The notes under the pieces: model-generated | The model's input: only the letters and a program-made list of their open reading frames with translations | What the model was told of the DNA's origin: nothing | Database searches by the model: none | Program-made: the position numbers and the translations under genes | DNA from: Iphione sp. A-MEVVRFRX5 | Lineage: Eukaryota | Reading direction: 5' to 3' | Length of the DNA stretch: 64,000 nt | Assembly: GCA_976226885.1 (NCBI GenBank) | Contig: OZ320318.1 | Span: 68,510,001-68,574,000 of the forward strand | Shown: positions 37,690-52,289 of the stretch, in pieces | Layout of the letters: each line of letters starts with the position of its first letter | Numbering within the stretch: position 1 is the first letter of the stretch

Positions 37690-40340
37690 GAACCAATTTG
37701 ATGATTTATCATTGGCAAGGTAGCGTGTGTGTGTATTCACTTATGATTCCGAGAACCGACGAACTCGTGTATGATAAGCTATACAAACGAAAATTTTCTG
37801 TCTGAAGTGATCTGTTATATGTTTCTTTGTATGCAGTATATATGGAGTGAAAAAAAGAAAATAATGGTATTAGCAAAAGACAGTTACGGGAGGAGTAAAC
37901 ATAAGACTTCGGACAGGGTACGCCGTACAGACACAGCCGTACAGGCTATGCGGCCGATATTGCGACTATAATGGTTGAATGTTATAGACGACGGATATCT
38001 CGATGGAAGAGACGACATTAGTATATTAACGAATAGGAGGAGAGGTGCAGAGTCATGAAAGGGCATGACGGCGAAGCCCGAGACTAAAAGGGATAAGAAA
38101 TAGGGGGCCTTTGACGAGGTCAACTATGAAGAAAAGAAGGAGGAGCGCGAACAGAACCTGCAGACGTCGGAATGGGGGGCATACGGGGGGAAGCTTTCTG
38201 GTTAGGAACGAAGGGATATTTGGTGACTAACGAGCTGTTGGCATGCTTCTTGGTTCTACAGTAGGGGGCTGGTCGCAGGGAAATAGAGGGAGGGACGGGT
38301 GGAGAGAGACAGGGCACGCTAGGCTTCGTGACTCCCAGCCCGATGTTTGAGGGAGCCGGGGTCGAGCGGTCAGCGGCCGCTGTTTGGAGTAGGCACGATC
38401 AGGGCGGGATTAGCCAGTCGCTCCCTTCCTAATCCATCACACTCCCTAATCCCCGACCTACAAGGATACAACCTTCGGTGGCGGGAGCCTTCTTTTCCCT
38501 GGAGAGCAATCCTGGCTGAACGAAGGGAGGTATTCTATTAGTCGCGAATCAAGATGTACGCTTTCCCAGGAGATATTGGTTGTATTGCTTTTAAAAAAAA
38601 AAGATTTGTTTAAATCGATCTTATTACGCATTTCAGGGAATCAATCTTATTACGCAGTCGCTACCGATGAACCATTCCAACCTAATTAAGAACCGTCCCA
38701 ATGCCGTCGCGACAAGATCACTGAGTCAGATATAATGAGTGTAAAGATAAAAGCAAATGTTTGACCAGAAAATGCTCAATCGCATTTCGACCAGCTGTCC
38801 CTTATCATTGTGGTGGTTCAGTGAGAATATTGGTTCTTTATGGCGAGCAACATTAGTGGGAACCGGCTGTCTAGGACTCACGCCTATTGGTCTGATTAAA
38901 TAGAGGTGATGGCCTGTGTGGGGTCTGGCTTCGTAATGGCTCAGATTCCCTCTACCTTAACGAGATCTTGCCCGTCTAGGTCCCAGTGCAACTAGACTAT
39001 CGGATGGCGATTAAAAAAGTAAGCCACCCAAACGAGATATGATCTCAGCGTCTTTAATGATTGGATTCATTAAGAGCGAAATTAATATCACTGAACGCAA
39101 CATAAGCAGAAGGATTCATCTAGAAGGATGCAAGGCGACGCCCTGGTGGGGTGCGTTATTTTCAGGGCTGATTGTTAATCTTGGTGAGCCTTTGCTTCCT
39201 CAGTATGAACTGATGGTTGCATCCCGTAAGATGATACCATCAGGGTGGGCCCCATCAGCAGGCCCGGGTACGATATCATAATGGGCTAATTAGTGAGTGT
39301 GGAGGTCCGGACTCCGGCAGCCCATTCATCAATGGAGGCTTGCCAGGCGCACTACAGCATTCAGGATTTCTCAAGACGTCCTTTAAGCAGTAGCTACCTC
39401 CTTGATCAACCCTTTGTTATTATCTTAACCTTTTGCTTTCCAGTTCTTATTTCCCACTCGAAATTGCCACAACTGAATTATTATTTCTTGAGTTATCGTC
39501 GCGCAATGGTTCCCATAAAGAGTATTTACATCCTGCACGTCAAGCATGTCTCATTAGGTGACATAGAAAAGAAGCTTGATGGTTCTTTCAAAAAGTATAT
39601 TTAAATACACTTTATTGTAACTTTTAGGTGCTTGTATGCGTTTCTTGGATTATGAGTATTGTTTGAACATGATATTTCCCAAATATACATAATATACAAT
39701 AACACACAATATGTATTTCCCATACTCTACAAGAGGCGTGCACAGTATAATATACATACATGTCTTGTTACACTAAGAATTACATATATTTGTGTGCATA
39801 CTTTAATAACGGATAACATCATTTGTAAATAACCTTAGTCATCAAACATAGTTATACGGAATGCCCTGAACTGGTATAGATAACTTTCCATCAGTGGGAC
39901 AGACTGCAGAAAAGTTTATCATTAGAGCTTTCCTAAGGGATAGTGCTATGGTTAGGTTCATGGAGAGAGAGGGAGCAAGTACAACTGTATACTTTAATCA
40001 CTCTTCATTCTTCCCTGCTTCCATCACCGTCCCAGGTTATCACAAGTAAAGTGATAGTGCTCTTTTGAACAATATCAATAACCAATTGTCAGTGCTATAT
40101 GCTCGGGCATAATCAACTACGAATCAAGAAATCCTCCTTCGTCCCCCCTAAAAAATCACCTTTGTATAGTTATTTACTAGGCCAGGGCGATAGGTCTTCA
40201 TTGGCTCGACTGCAGACGCTGGGCCAACAAGGGTCATACTCAATGAAGGGAATAAACAAGATTCAACCACTGACGATATTTCATTTCATTTCATTTGATC
40301 TTTAACCAGGAACTAGATATTCTCTATCACATGATAGAGC

Positions 40341-40592
40341 TCTTCCATATCCTACTGGGGTAGCATACTACTATCTATTGTTGAGAATTGAGAGACCAGA
40401 ATACCTAGGGTTGTCCCCTACTCTTATTTCAAATAGGTTTCTGCGGTCTTTGTTTGCATAGGGGACAGAATCCTATACATCCACAGCCTTTTTATGAGTT
40501 GTGGACCACTCTGGGTTGGGGCTACAGTAAATCTGTCTGGTCATGATCAAGAGTTCCAAGCCTGGGATTGAACCTGCAACCTCTGAATCAGT
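40341..40592 (-). mobile_element. tRNA-derived SINE, copy 2 (A box lost)
   Basis: The reverse complement contains B box GGTTCAATCCC and a body that aligns by eye with copy 1 along its length. Confidence 0.8.
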
Positions 40593-43500
40593 TATCTGCG
40601 ATAACAGACATGTCCAGTCACTCCTGTGTGAGGATCTGACTAGAACAGCAGTATTCCTGATGGACAAATATGCTCAAGTGTCCAATATAAAGCATGACAT
40701 ATTTGACGCATTTGTCTGCGAATAACCACACATAAACTCCATTGAAATCGAATGGCATGAAGGCGCTCTTGGCCGGAGAAGAGCCAAGTCAGACAGCACA
40801 TAATCTAGTCAGAGAGAGTCACCATATCCCCCCAAAACATGTTTCTTTGGAAGTGTTAGAATACCAAAAGACATCACAAGACAGCAAAAAGTGGAGTTAT
40901 AATCTCCCACCTCACGACAAGTGTGGACGTTACCACTGATACGAGCTTCCCTAAAGGGAAGGGTAACACAACCGGGCCGTGCACAAGTGCCGCTGTGCAG
41001 ATAGTTGCACAAGTAGTTGAAGGAAAAGTATTGATTCCATAGCAGTTAACAGATCAGCCAAGAGATCTTATATTGGAGGTTCCGTGCTACGGACCCAGTC
41101 GAGTGTAAAGGAATGAAAAAAAAAACATAATAACCTGCTCTGACTTTCTCAGCGTTCAGTGACTACTGCCGCTGGCGGTTGGTTCTTCACATTATTCTCC
41201 TATAACTTGGTTGGGAGGCTACCACGGAAGCGTCCGAGATCGGGAAGTCAGAGACCGATACGGACGCGGTCTCTTACATTATTCAATAACGACGATTGAG
41301 AAGTGCCCCTATTCAAGAGACTGCTTTCCGGCAGCTGTGAAATATTTAAAATTGGTCTTTTGCCCTCGGGGCGTCGTATCCAGTATCGTTTTCCCATTAC
41401 AGATAAGGAAGTGGTTATTTTCTGCCTCGCTAGACGCCGCTGCGATGCTCAATATCTCCTGTACGGTCTACAGTGATGCATCGCACACATTTCCTAATCA
41501 GTTTCTCTCTATTGATGATCGATCGCGTGTATTATCTCCCTTCTATCGACCGATTCATAAACTACTTCTCAGTCTACCTTGATTCATCTGATTTTCTTGA
41601 GGCAGCTTCACCTGGGATGTGTAGGCGGCCTAATGGTACTTTGTCAAGTCCGTCCACGTCAGTGTGGCAACAGTATTGCCACCTATTTCCCTTTGGCATG
41701 TCATTAGTGTACGACTATACACGCAGGTGGATGTAAGCAATCACTCTCCGACAATGGCGCGCACCAAGAAACATGTCCTACCACGTACTATATACATGTA
41801 ATAAATAAAGCGTTTCCAGCAGAAGCCGTATACAAGGCGTGCCCAGAGCCTCAAGTCTGAGATTAGATTCCTTTGTAAAAAAACGGGGGGGGGGGCGTAG
41901 ACAGGTAGGTTTATTTTCAAAGTGCAGTACCTCTACTTCCGCAGGCGGTGGATCCAGTGGCATACCACAGCATGCACGGCACAGTTGGGCTAGGGTGTTG
42001 CGCTGCGCTGCGCTGTCGCTTTATTATGACACTGAATATGGCACACAACCCGCATTAAATATGAAACACTTATCCACACATTATTGAAACTGAATACACG
42101 TAATATTAGAAGCGGCTGGTTCGGTGGTTGCGATATAACATGGGTGCTACCAGTAACATGTCGTTTACCGATGATATTACATACATGTACACTGTAATGA
42201 ATATTGTCGATCTTACGTCAGTTACTGTATTGCTGATTATGACTCTTGAAAATTAACTTTATCTACTGCATTTGGGGACACAGCTGCAAACCATCGATGA
42301 ACATTTTGACTGAAGTTACAGTTACTATTTCTCGAGGTGCTTTCTCGTTTTCAGTTTACAATATGTGTTATGTACAGCAGTACTAGAAAGGGCCTTCCGC
42401 GATCAAAGGAAGGATTTAAAATTCCATCAGAGATATCCTTCCATGCAAAATTTAATTCAAAGAAGCAGTTCCGGTGCTAGGCAAAATGTAAGGCGGCTTT
42501 CATCAGGTCGACCCTTTACTTTATCATTGAACAGGTTTCCGACGACCATTGAACGAAATGACGGCGAGGTGTAATAAATCTTTCCCTGTACCTATAACTA
42601 TATGGAAAAAGAGTTAATTCGTTCCTCTAGATATTGTTTTAGCTCCGCTAAAGTAGACGGCCGTTGCTTTGAATAACTCTGACCTAAAACTCCTGCTATA
42701 AACAATAGGCGCAATAGATATGACTCATGTCATGATAATTTCAAATCGTCATTGTGTTGACAATATCAGTCGTAAACAATCGAGAGATATCAAAGCTTTT
42801 AGTAGACACACAGAATTACACAGAAATACATCCTGAATGGTAACAACCCTTTCCCGAAATAATTTTAAAAATTGCAAAAAACATTAAGGACATGAAGTGA
42901 CCTGCCTGCATTCTGTTTATCTATGAATAAATAGGTGCACATGATAGTTTTTCGTCGAGGGATTTATAATTTACACATATGCCTTTTTTCAAAAGTATAA
43001 TCAAAGAGACGAGCTTATAAATCACCCGAATCGTGATGCACCATAGAAATGCTTGCTTCTATAATTTGACAATTACTAACCAGGTGTTTTTTCACTGAAT
43101 TATAGATACATGTACGGACTGGGTATGTTAGTGGGGACAATGAAGGGAGCCCGAAATCTAACGAGGTGTAGCGGGTGGAAGCGGGAAGTGCCATAATGAA
43201 GAGGCCGCGGGGGAGGACGTGATGGGAGAGCCGCATACTCAGAGCAGCGTGCTGGACCAAAACATATTGAACAGTAAAGACTTCAGAGACTACAAAGAAC
43301 AACTTGCACGGTGAAGTCCCAGAGGGCGAAAACTGCACATAGGCAGGAGTGACTGAGAAAAGAAAATCTTGTGAGACGCAAAAGCCAGAGTGATCAAGAA
43401 TGTCAAAGGATTGAATGCAACACGAGAGAGCGTGCTATGTTATTAGAGCAATATATGGCAGGTACTTAATGAGACGAGGGAAAGTCTTGGGAATAACTTG

Positions 43501-44479
43501 GATTGACTTAATGGTGACGAGAAGATCCAGTAGTGACAGACAGTGTTATAGTGTAACATAAAATGTTCGTGGTCTTAGCGATGACAAACGGAGTAGGAGA
43601 TGCTTGAGAGGCGCGGTAATAGCAGGGCCTGACCTAGAAGGTGTAGTCTAGGGGGACACTCTAAGACTGAAGCAGGTGATCTGAGATGTGGGAGGCATGG
43701 TCGCAACCTCAGGGAGGAGGGGGTACCACATTTAAAGGTCTGCGCGGATCTCAGGTCATGCAGGCCTCCACTTGGATTCGCCCTTTAAAACCATTATGAA
43801 ATATGAATAACGCTATTTAATTGGGATGACAGGGACTGTGCTTTAAAGAGTCATTTTTACTAAAAGATGGATAACTATATTAGTTGTTGCTTTCTATGAA
43901 ACACTGCATAGTTTCCGATTTCTAATACTCTAGAAGAAAGATAAAGGCAATACCGAACTATTCATAGAGACTAGTAATTAGGAGATTGATATACTTTTAA
44001 TATTGTAACATATATGACGTTCTCCCAGAAACACATATGACGCTCTCCTAAACAATAATATTGATTTGTTCTAGTATATGTCCTACTGATAACTAAAGGG
44101 AGAAATTTGTTAAATTTTCTAACCACCTATATCCAACAATATTCATAAATATCCATTTCATCATGATCACCCATAATGTGTTCTCATCTGTACATATGCT
44201 AGGTACGCTGGAATCCACATACAAAATTTGTATATCTAATCTAGAGGAAATAAAGTGTTTAAAAATATTTTCTGTACCGTTCACTCATCACATGGACCAT
44301 TTAAATCGGTACCGTTGCTTGATGCTGACCCATACTCCGGTCTGAAGTTTCCTGTTAATTATCTCAAGGATTTATTTTTTTAGATAATCAGTATAAAAAG
44401 GAGATTAATCAATAGATTACAGTCACCATTTCCTGTAAACCTTTTACGTCTAATGCAATTCCTAGCAAGAAGAATACTA

Positions 44480-44749
44480 GGTATTAGTTCAGTTGGTAAA
44501 AGCGCCGTTTAATACTGGTCCACTGATCTAAAACACACAGTGCCTTGAATTCATGACCAGATGGATTTAAGACAGAGTGGTCCCCAACTTGTAACAAAGG
44601 CTGTGGGTGTATAGGATTCTGTCTCCTCTGTAATACAAAGACACAAGAAACCTGTTAGCAAGAGAAGGAGACAACCCCAGGTATTCTGGTCTCTCAACCC
44701 TCAATAATAGGTGGTAGGTAGTATGCTACCCCAGGTGTATATGGAAGAA
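44480..44749 (+). mobile_element. tRNA-derived SINE, copy 3 (B box lost)
   Basis: A-box-like TAGTTCAGTTGGTAAAAGC, then the shared body CAGAGTGGTCC.CAACT...GGCTGTGG.TGTATAGGATTCTGTC...GGTATTCTGGTCTCTCAA...GTAGTATGCTACCCCAG. Confidence 0.75.
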
Positions 44750-45060
44750 CAGTTCAAATCTCTGAACATCTAGCTCCTGGTTAAAAAGGCAATGAAAAAC
44801 AAAAACCAGCAAATGATTTGCATAGGATGCCTCATGATGCAGATGTTATTGTGTACAAAGGGCATACGAAACATGAGCAAAAAAAGAAGTTGAGGCCTCC
44901 CTTTCATTTCAACAATGCCTTTCCAACACTCTCATCTTGTGAATCTTCTTGGTCACAATTACTAGGTAAAAGCTGCCAACATCACCACCTCCTTCAGCTC
45001 AGCTCCATTTTCTTGCTCGTGTCCCGGCCAGAGCGCGCATGCCCGTTGACCCATTTGTTG

Positions 45061-45074
45061 GTTGCCATGGAAAC
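45061..45074. promoter_or_regulatory. Perfect RFX X-box
   Basis: GTTGCCATGGAAAC matches the consensus exactly, inside a GC-rich island. Confidence 0.4.
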
Positions 45075-48000
45075 CGTTGACTGCCTGCCATTAGCCACCG
45101 TCACGTTGACAGCACTGGAGTCTTCTATCGCCCGCCCACCTTTCACATCACCGCCCAACCAAGCTATACCCAGAGACAGGCCAACCAACCTTCCATTCTC
45201 CTCGGCTTACCTGAAGCTGCTCTAGGAAAATTAAACTTACTACAGCATGTTTTATCTGACGCATACCACGTCTTTCAGGTATCCTTTTTAGGAAATACTT
45301 ATGAGAATGAACAGAAGAAAGCTGATGCCAATAAAGTATTTGTGGAAACTGCTCGTTGAAACTTTATCATGGCCGATGAATGTCGTAATGTGTAATTTGT
45401 TCTAATATATCGCATGGGTCTGTGAAGTTCTAATGCCTCAAGGAACCTGTTACTAATGTACCAGACAAAATGGTAAATGCCATGTGTGGACAATATATCA
45501 AGGCCCTAGACGCAAAGAGGGCCTGTTTACTCTGCAGGCAATTCTTCGTTGGGGGAGAGTCGTGCGAGTGGCGGTGAAATGATGCGCTTTGGAAACAGGT
45601 AGTGTTCCCAATACTTGCCGTTCCCTCTAGTTTCGCGTAGCACTAAACGTCAGGATCGCAGGCAGCATCGACTATAAAAACCGAAGCTGATTTTACAAGA
45701 GGAGTGTTCCATGAACAGAGATCGATGCTGACGAGATGGAAGCACGGAGGGAATACATACAACTATGGGTTACCACAGACGCGGCTATACCTCGCCACAG
45801 ATAGAATGGTAACTTCGAAAATCAAAATATCAATAGAGATTTAAGCTTTTACCTGAATATTTCCGAACACAGACACAATGGAAACGTGATCTTCGGAATC
45901 ATCTCATGACGTGCGCCTTTCAAATGTATTTTTGACGTTTTATTCTTAAACAGCCATTATTTGCTTACACTTGAACGGGTACTAGTTTGTAGACCGTGAC
46001 AAATTCACGCATGTGTAGCCATCCATTACCTATCGTACCATGAAAATATAACAATTTCAATCTGTCCCGTAGCTCACTGGCTAATACAGGTGAACTAACG
46101 AAGATAACAAGACGTACACCTGACATGGAAAGTAGGGGGCCTGCCCTATCGACGCAATCCCTTTCCTTATCTGAGCAATGGGGGCCGGTGAAGAACTGTA
46201 GCGTTTCTTTAGGAGGATCACGTAACTGAATGCTGATGGCACTTTGGCCTGTCATTTATTCAAGGCGCGCAAGGATCCTTGCTCTTACTGTAAAGAAGAA
46301 GAAGCTGGCCCAAAGAGTCCCCAGCAGTTTATTAACCGGCCCCGCCACAAAAAAAAACTGGCTATCTTTCGGCGGCCAGTCTCAATTTCGGAATCTGTGG
46401 ATCATATTTTTCATTCGAGTGATTATCGACAGCCATGGGAGAAAAGGATATGGGGGGATGTAGAAGGGAGGGAGGGAGAAGCAGGAAGAGGAGGAGGAGG
46501 GCTGGTGGAGGAGGGAGTGGGGTTTGTGGCGGGCAAGCAAAAGCCTCCTACAGAATGTAATCAGGGGGAGCAGTGATAAATCTTGAGTCGACCGCGTGGC
46601 CCTGTAACTACCGTTTCGCCGGCGCTCGTCCCGCTCGGAGTCTGCGGTTCTCGTCCGGCTGTGGAATACTAATGATGCGCGGGGTTCGGACATGAAGCTC
46701 GACTCTGGTAGAAGAGCCGTCGGTGAGACGGTGGACCGACTTCATGGGGCTCGTGCCCGCCTTTATTGCGACACGCTGAAGGGCTCTTAGAAGCCGGTGC
46801 CCCTGTCCACCTGGCCTTATCACCTGCGCCAAAGCCTGAGAGGTCTGCCTGTCCTATAGTCATGACCCATCTTCCCCTCGCCGGCTGCATTGGTCGTCGC
46901 CCTATCACACTCCCCCTTTGCATCATCTTAATGCTTCCTCTGCTTAAACCCTCTATCCCTCGAATTATTTTCTGTTTTCCCGAACATGTCAATGATTAGA
47001 ACCACTATCTATAAAGAAATTCGACGATACTTGTCAGAAAAATTCCTCTAGCTCCAGCCTCAAGGAACTATCTTTATAAATCTCGCAACATGAGTTTGAT
47101 CGAAGAAAGCCGCTTTGCCTACTGGATCCCCATTACTAGCCTCATTTTGGACGATTAGTCGTGCGTTTTTTGAGATATTGTGTAAGGCAACATACGGTGT
47201 GTCGTTTTAAATTGACGCTGCGTGTAAGATGTCACCTTGAACAACCCAAATTATGCTAGACGGTTTCCTACTGTGACAGGCAAAGCAGCTCGCCGCGATA
47301 ACGAAGCTGATGTGGTGTAAGTAGTCGATGGAGATGGTAATTTCATACAGGTTCACCTCGACCGAGGTTCTCCTTTGATTGGCTCACAGACGTTTGACGT
47401 GTCGCCCGAAGAGTGAGACACGCTAATTATAATTCACTTCTAATGTGGTTCGCTCCCTGAAGTAGACAGAAGCGACGATCCACCCAGGAGTGTATGATGA
47501 ATTAGTAAAGACACAGGCGAAGTCTCCATGAGGCGTCCTCTCGTAAAGCCAAGGTAGGCCTACAAATATTTTAAGCATTTTACCCAGAAGGCGATTTTCC
47601 CACAACGGCACCAGTTTCCTGTCACCATAGAAACCATCTGCGCTCCATTTATGTGGGTTATTAAAACCCCAGACACCAGTTATGAGTGTGCCGTTCGGAA
47701 CTGGCAGGGGATTCATGCGTTCTGCTTATTTTTTAAAGTGGGGGCTGCGCCTTTGAGATTTGAGAGTTTTTTTATTTACTTCTCGATGTAACATGTACAA
47801 AGGGTCCTTCCAATAAATAAACAAAAAAGGTAAGTGGTGATTACGTCAGCTGTTAGCAGACCGAAAGCCTCTGGGCTGAATTTCCCTGAGTGTTATTCCC
47901 ATTCACCCTATGTAGGCTCCTCTCTCCAACAGTTTAGCCCCCTTCCCATCCCGCCACCATGTTAGTGTCAATTGTTGGTCATATTTTGGCCTGCTAGCTG

Positions 48001-48216
48001 CAAGCGTTTAAAAATGTCATTGGGTTTACGGCAATGGGAGTGCAAGTTGGTTTGTCAGTAGTTCGATCTCAGCGAGTGATGGTTACTATTTTGCTTACCC
48101 ATCACCTCATTGTAGTTCCTCATCTCACCAGAAGCATTGCAGCCTCGTGACATCTTGCACAGCAGCTGAGAACAACACTTCCAAGAATTGCCTTAACCTG
48201 TAAGATGCGTTTCTTG

Positions 48217-48270
48217 CTGCATTTTTCATCTCTTCATACGTTTCTTTCTGCATTTTTCATCTCTCCATAT
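48217..48270. repeat. Short direct duplication (about 31-bp period)
   Basis: CTGCATTTTTCATCTCT.CATA.G occurs twice. Confidence 0.7.
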
Positions 48271-51200
48271 GTCGTTGTATATTTCTAATGGAATAAGAAA
48301 TTGGAGAGAAACTTCTTTCCATGTAGGCTAGAACCTCTTTAAACCACCTTTTTTAAAACACATTGTACAAGCTAGGTCAGCTAGACACATGTCAGTTTAG
48401 TGTCCTCATAGTGTGGTGTCTACAGCCGTCGTTTCGCAATACCCTATCCATTCGAAATCACATGTACACCTTATCAAATTGCCGTCCTCCTGTTTCTGTC
48501 CCTGTGTTCATTATCTTTGCCGATACCAAACCATAAATTGCTTCTGTACAAGCCTTCCTTTCCAAACATTTCCCCCCTCCCTTCCCCCAGCTTTCTCTGC
48601 CCCTCCCCCTTCCTCCTCCCCGGCATTCCTGTCTCAAATCTCCAGTCACTCGCCGCCATCCCTAATGACTCCACTGCCCGCTCAGCGGAGGCCCAATCAT
48701 AGGCGAGTTGCTCGTCGCCGTTGTAAGAGCAGCTCGCTGAGCCTCAGACTAGGGCGTCCACCGCCGCCCAACAGACAAGAGGCTTCTCGTGTTCCGCAGC
48801 ACTTCACTGGCAGTGTCCCGTTACTCTGTATGCTTCGATAGCCGTTCGCGACTTACGAAGGAGAAACAAAAAGTGTGTCAACATTAAGAGCCTAGTAAAA
48901 ACACATATTGTCTCTTAAATATCCGCCCCACTTCCAGTCGAGAGATCTAAGCAGACGGAAAACGCAGTTTTATCTTATTTCAGTATATATCAATGACGCA
49001 CTTGTACTGTAGATGAATCGGGATTAAGTGTTCTGCAGGAGAGAAGGACACCGCTTGTATTGTGTCAGAAAATTACTTGTAGACGAAGATGAGGTTTTAT
49101 CAACAGGCTCAGTCGCAACACACTTAGGCACTAATGCCCATCACCGAAAGCTAGATGCATCGAAGTGCGACAACATCGAGTACTTTTATCGCCGAAGGTC
49201 TTCAAGTGAAAGACTCAATTTTGCAAGCATGCACATTATGGATTCGTGATACACGTTTAATGTTATTGATATTACCAGCTGTTCAGACAACAGCGCTTGG
49301 AATTTGTCTCTATCGGCCATACTGTGCATCAACCATACAAAATAATAATAGAATACGATGTAGTTATGAAGGAAACAATATATGTCAACGAGAGAGTACT
49401 TCGGCGTGTCTTACCATACCTTGCGTCAAGCTTAGAGCTTTGCGAATATCAGATTGCGCTTCTCTCCTTCCCGCCTTATAGGAAAGACACATTAACAAGC
49501 GCACTTACTACCATGAAAGGCAAGTTGATTTCCATACCACACATATAGTAAGGAAAATGGCTGTGTTTTGCCGCCAGGGGGCAATCAGACCGCCCAGGCG
49601 TATATGACCCTCGTACTTGTGGTCGTCTATTGGTTCTTTTGCCGGGATACACCTCTCTTGGGACAGCGTCTATTCCTCACGCCCCGAGGACACGCGGGGG
49701 ACCTGTACGGGAACACTCATCCCATCATCAATAATAGTTTATCTGGACAAACAGAAATGGTCCCCTCTGGTCTCCTTGACTTTTGCGACGGGATGCGTAC
49801 GTGCATACACGTACACACGAAGAAACAAATCTTACACGTATGGAAGCATCTTTATTTTAGGGAAAGCGAAATGCAATATACCAATAATGTATCGATTTGA
49901 TTTAGTTGCCCTACGCTGTATATCTTTACTAGGGACTTGAACCAAATTATGCCTTCTCCCAGAAGAGTCCATTCAGGTCAGCTGCCATTGAATGTCATTT
50001 AATTATCTGGAGACGCCTTCTGGTTTCCGTTAAAATAAGCAGATTTACGCGGAAATTAGCCACAGTTTAAGGACTTTCCATGGTCGTCTTCCCAAATAGG
50101 ATTTGCAGCGGTTTGACGTTACCAGATACATGTATTTAAATCTGAACAAAAATCTGCCTGAAAAGCAATGGTCAGTCAATTCTACTAGGCAATATTGGTC
50201 AGTCATGGCTCGTTGGACATGTTATGTGCCCTTGCAGTGGATCCGTGCACATGGTGCTGCTGGCGTCCTCTTGTGGTTGGTGTGTCAAAACTACCGCCCC
50301 CCTCCACCCACACACACACCGAAGCATCGACCCTTCTATTTCCCCACAGACGCAGACACAAAGCTTTGCCCCCGCCTTGCCAGCATCACTATCTCTTCCG
50401 GGGCGGGTTTTGCGAGGAATATGTTAGTCAGTTAGCATTATCAGGGCATACACACACTTGCCAGCCCGCTCCCAACCGCTTTCTATTTTGTCTATCAAGA
50501 GCGGTACTAAGGCGGGCGATGCAGCACGTTATTCTTCCAAGGTCCACTCCACATTTTATGTGCTTTCCACCACCCCCCCTCCCCCATCAGCATGACCCTT
50601 GTCAGCCTCGGAGGGCAGTGGGCTCGGCCACCTTGACAGTAATGCGGGACGGACGTCCGCGGAGACAGGCTCTTGGTAAATTGGAAACATTGTTTTGGCC
50701 GACTGAAAGGAGAAGGCGAGGCCGCGCTTCCTCCGAGTGTTGCCTGACCTCATCGGCGCAGACGCCGACCAGGTCCCTGAAGAGGTACCCAAGGTCCTGC
50801 ATTATTGATAGCCACCTTCAATGCTCATGCCTTCCGTCTGATCTTGGCCAGGGCCAGGCCTTCCCAAAACGAGCTCTTAATTACAACCCAATGGGGTCCC
50901 CTAATATAGTCCCCTTTTTTCCTGGCAAACCCTTCAGTGCCTCTCAATACAACTCTTTTCATTTAGAAGTATTTCACTCTCACTTGTCTGTCGATGTCAT
51001 CTCTCTCCGCATTCATTCCTCGTCTGTGATCCTTACTTGGTGCCGTCTGTAAGTATTCCCATGGCGACATCTGTACCGGCCTTAATTCGCACCCCAGTGT
51101 ATCTGTATTGACTGCTCGCTTATTTTATTTCCTGCATCTGGTCAGGAGCAGTCCCAGTGTGCCAACCTAGCTCAGCTTGTCCCTGCCAAATGCCTGCGTA

Positions 51201-51975
51201 TTTCCGCTCGTGGCACTGCTGACAGGCTGACCTCTAGGGGTCAATCCAACCTCGTTGTGGCGCCTAGCAGCTCCCCAGACGGTGGTCGTAAGCAGTCACG
51301 TGACTGACTTGACTCGTTTGTGTTTCCTGTAGATTGTACCACGACACCACGTGGGGGCTGTGTGACCTTGTGCTATGCTAGGTCACCATCACCAGATCAT
51401 TAACCTTGACGGCCCCTCCGGTCAGATTAAGACGGCGCGTAGCGCTATTCGGCACCATTTCTTTGTAGTATTCTTTACTCCAAACTTCGCCCTAAAGCAT
51501 AATGAAGGACCCCTGAAAGTTGACACAAGACTGGGTCATGTCCCGCGTGACTACCCAAACTGACTATAGCAGGTAATATACGGAGGGGCTTGGCCAAGAA
51601 CCGATCGCACAAGCATCTCTTTAACATGGAGTTATCTGATTTGGTCCATGAGGTTTGTGTCGTTCCTCTGCCACAATCGATTTTCCTTTCATCTTTCTTG
51701 GCCAAAGCATAAAGGAGGAAGGCGGACGGAGTGGAAAGGGTTAAGGCGGTATAGAATAGATAGATAGCGATACGTTATATATGCCCTTGTATAACCCTAG
51801 GCTCATAAATACAAACAGATGCTTTGTGACCAAGATAGCTGTGGGGAAATGGTCGCATATATATCCGCTATCAAAATGCACACATACACCAGCATGCGCA
51901 GCAACCAACCACAATCCCATATTCACTCACATATGCACGTGTACGTTTAACCACATACACATACATGGGCAAATG

Positions 51976-52002
<27 letters not shown>
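51976..52002. repeat. (CA)n microsatellite
   Basis: Visible CA run. Confidence 0.95.
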
Positions 52003-52006
<4 letters not shown>

Positions 52007-52289
52007 ATATGACCGTGACGAGCTCGCCCAACTGAGGGAGTGACTCGTTGGTGAGCAGGTATGCTGTTTTATGAGCCCGTCACTCAGGGATTGATCTCTG
52101 GTGGCAGCTCTTGTTAGACATTTGACATCAGCTATGGTGGCGTGCATGTCAAGCGCTACAACACACATTTTCTTATCCGATATGAGGTCAGGAAGTTCGT
52201 GCTTGGAGGGTCCATGTGGGGTAGGGGGATGGGGGGATGGGAGGATGGGGGGATGGGTGCAAGTAGGGAAGAGACGTCTTAAACCGGTT

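Noticed and set aside
41754-41801. MARTKK start resembling histone H3
   Set aside because: Similarity ends after five residues, a stop follows at codon 16, and there is no histone fold or stem-loop.
44093-44284. DENTLWVIMMKWI, resembling a BTB-BACK helix
   Set aside because: Short AT-rich ORF with no flanking BTB or Kelch signal and no splice sites.
50602-50802. Minus peptide RPRLLLSVGQNNVS, faintly like the SGNH esterase block (VIHVGTND) of LINE ORF1
   Set aside because: No GDS motif upstream, the frame closes immediately, and there is no adjacent LINE ORF2.
50195-51052. 285-aa ORF, the longest in the track
   Set aside because: GTG start, low-complexity P/H/R/S peptide driven by C-rich and CA tracts, no domain motif and no splice signals. 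Most likely a chance ORF in GC-rich DNA.
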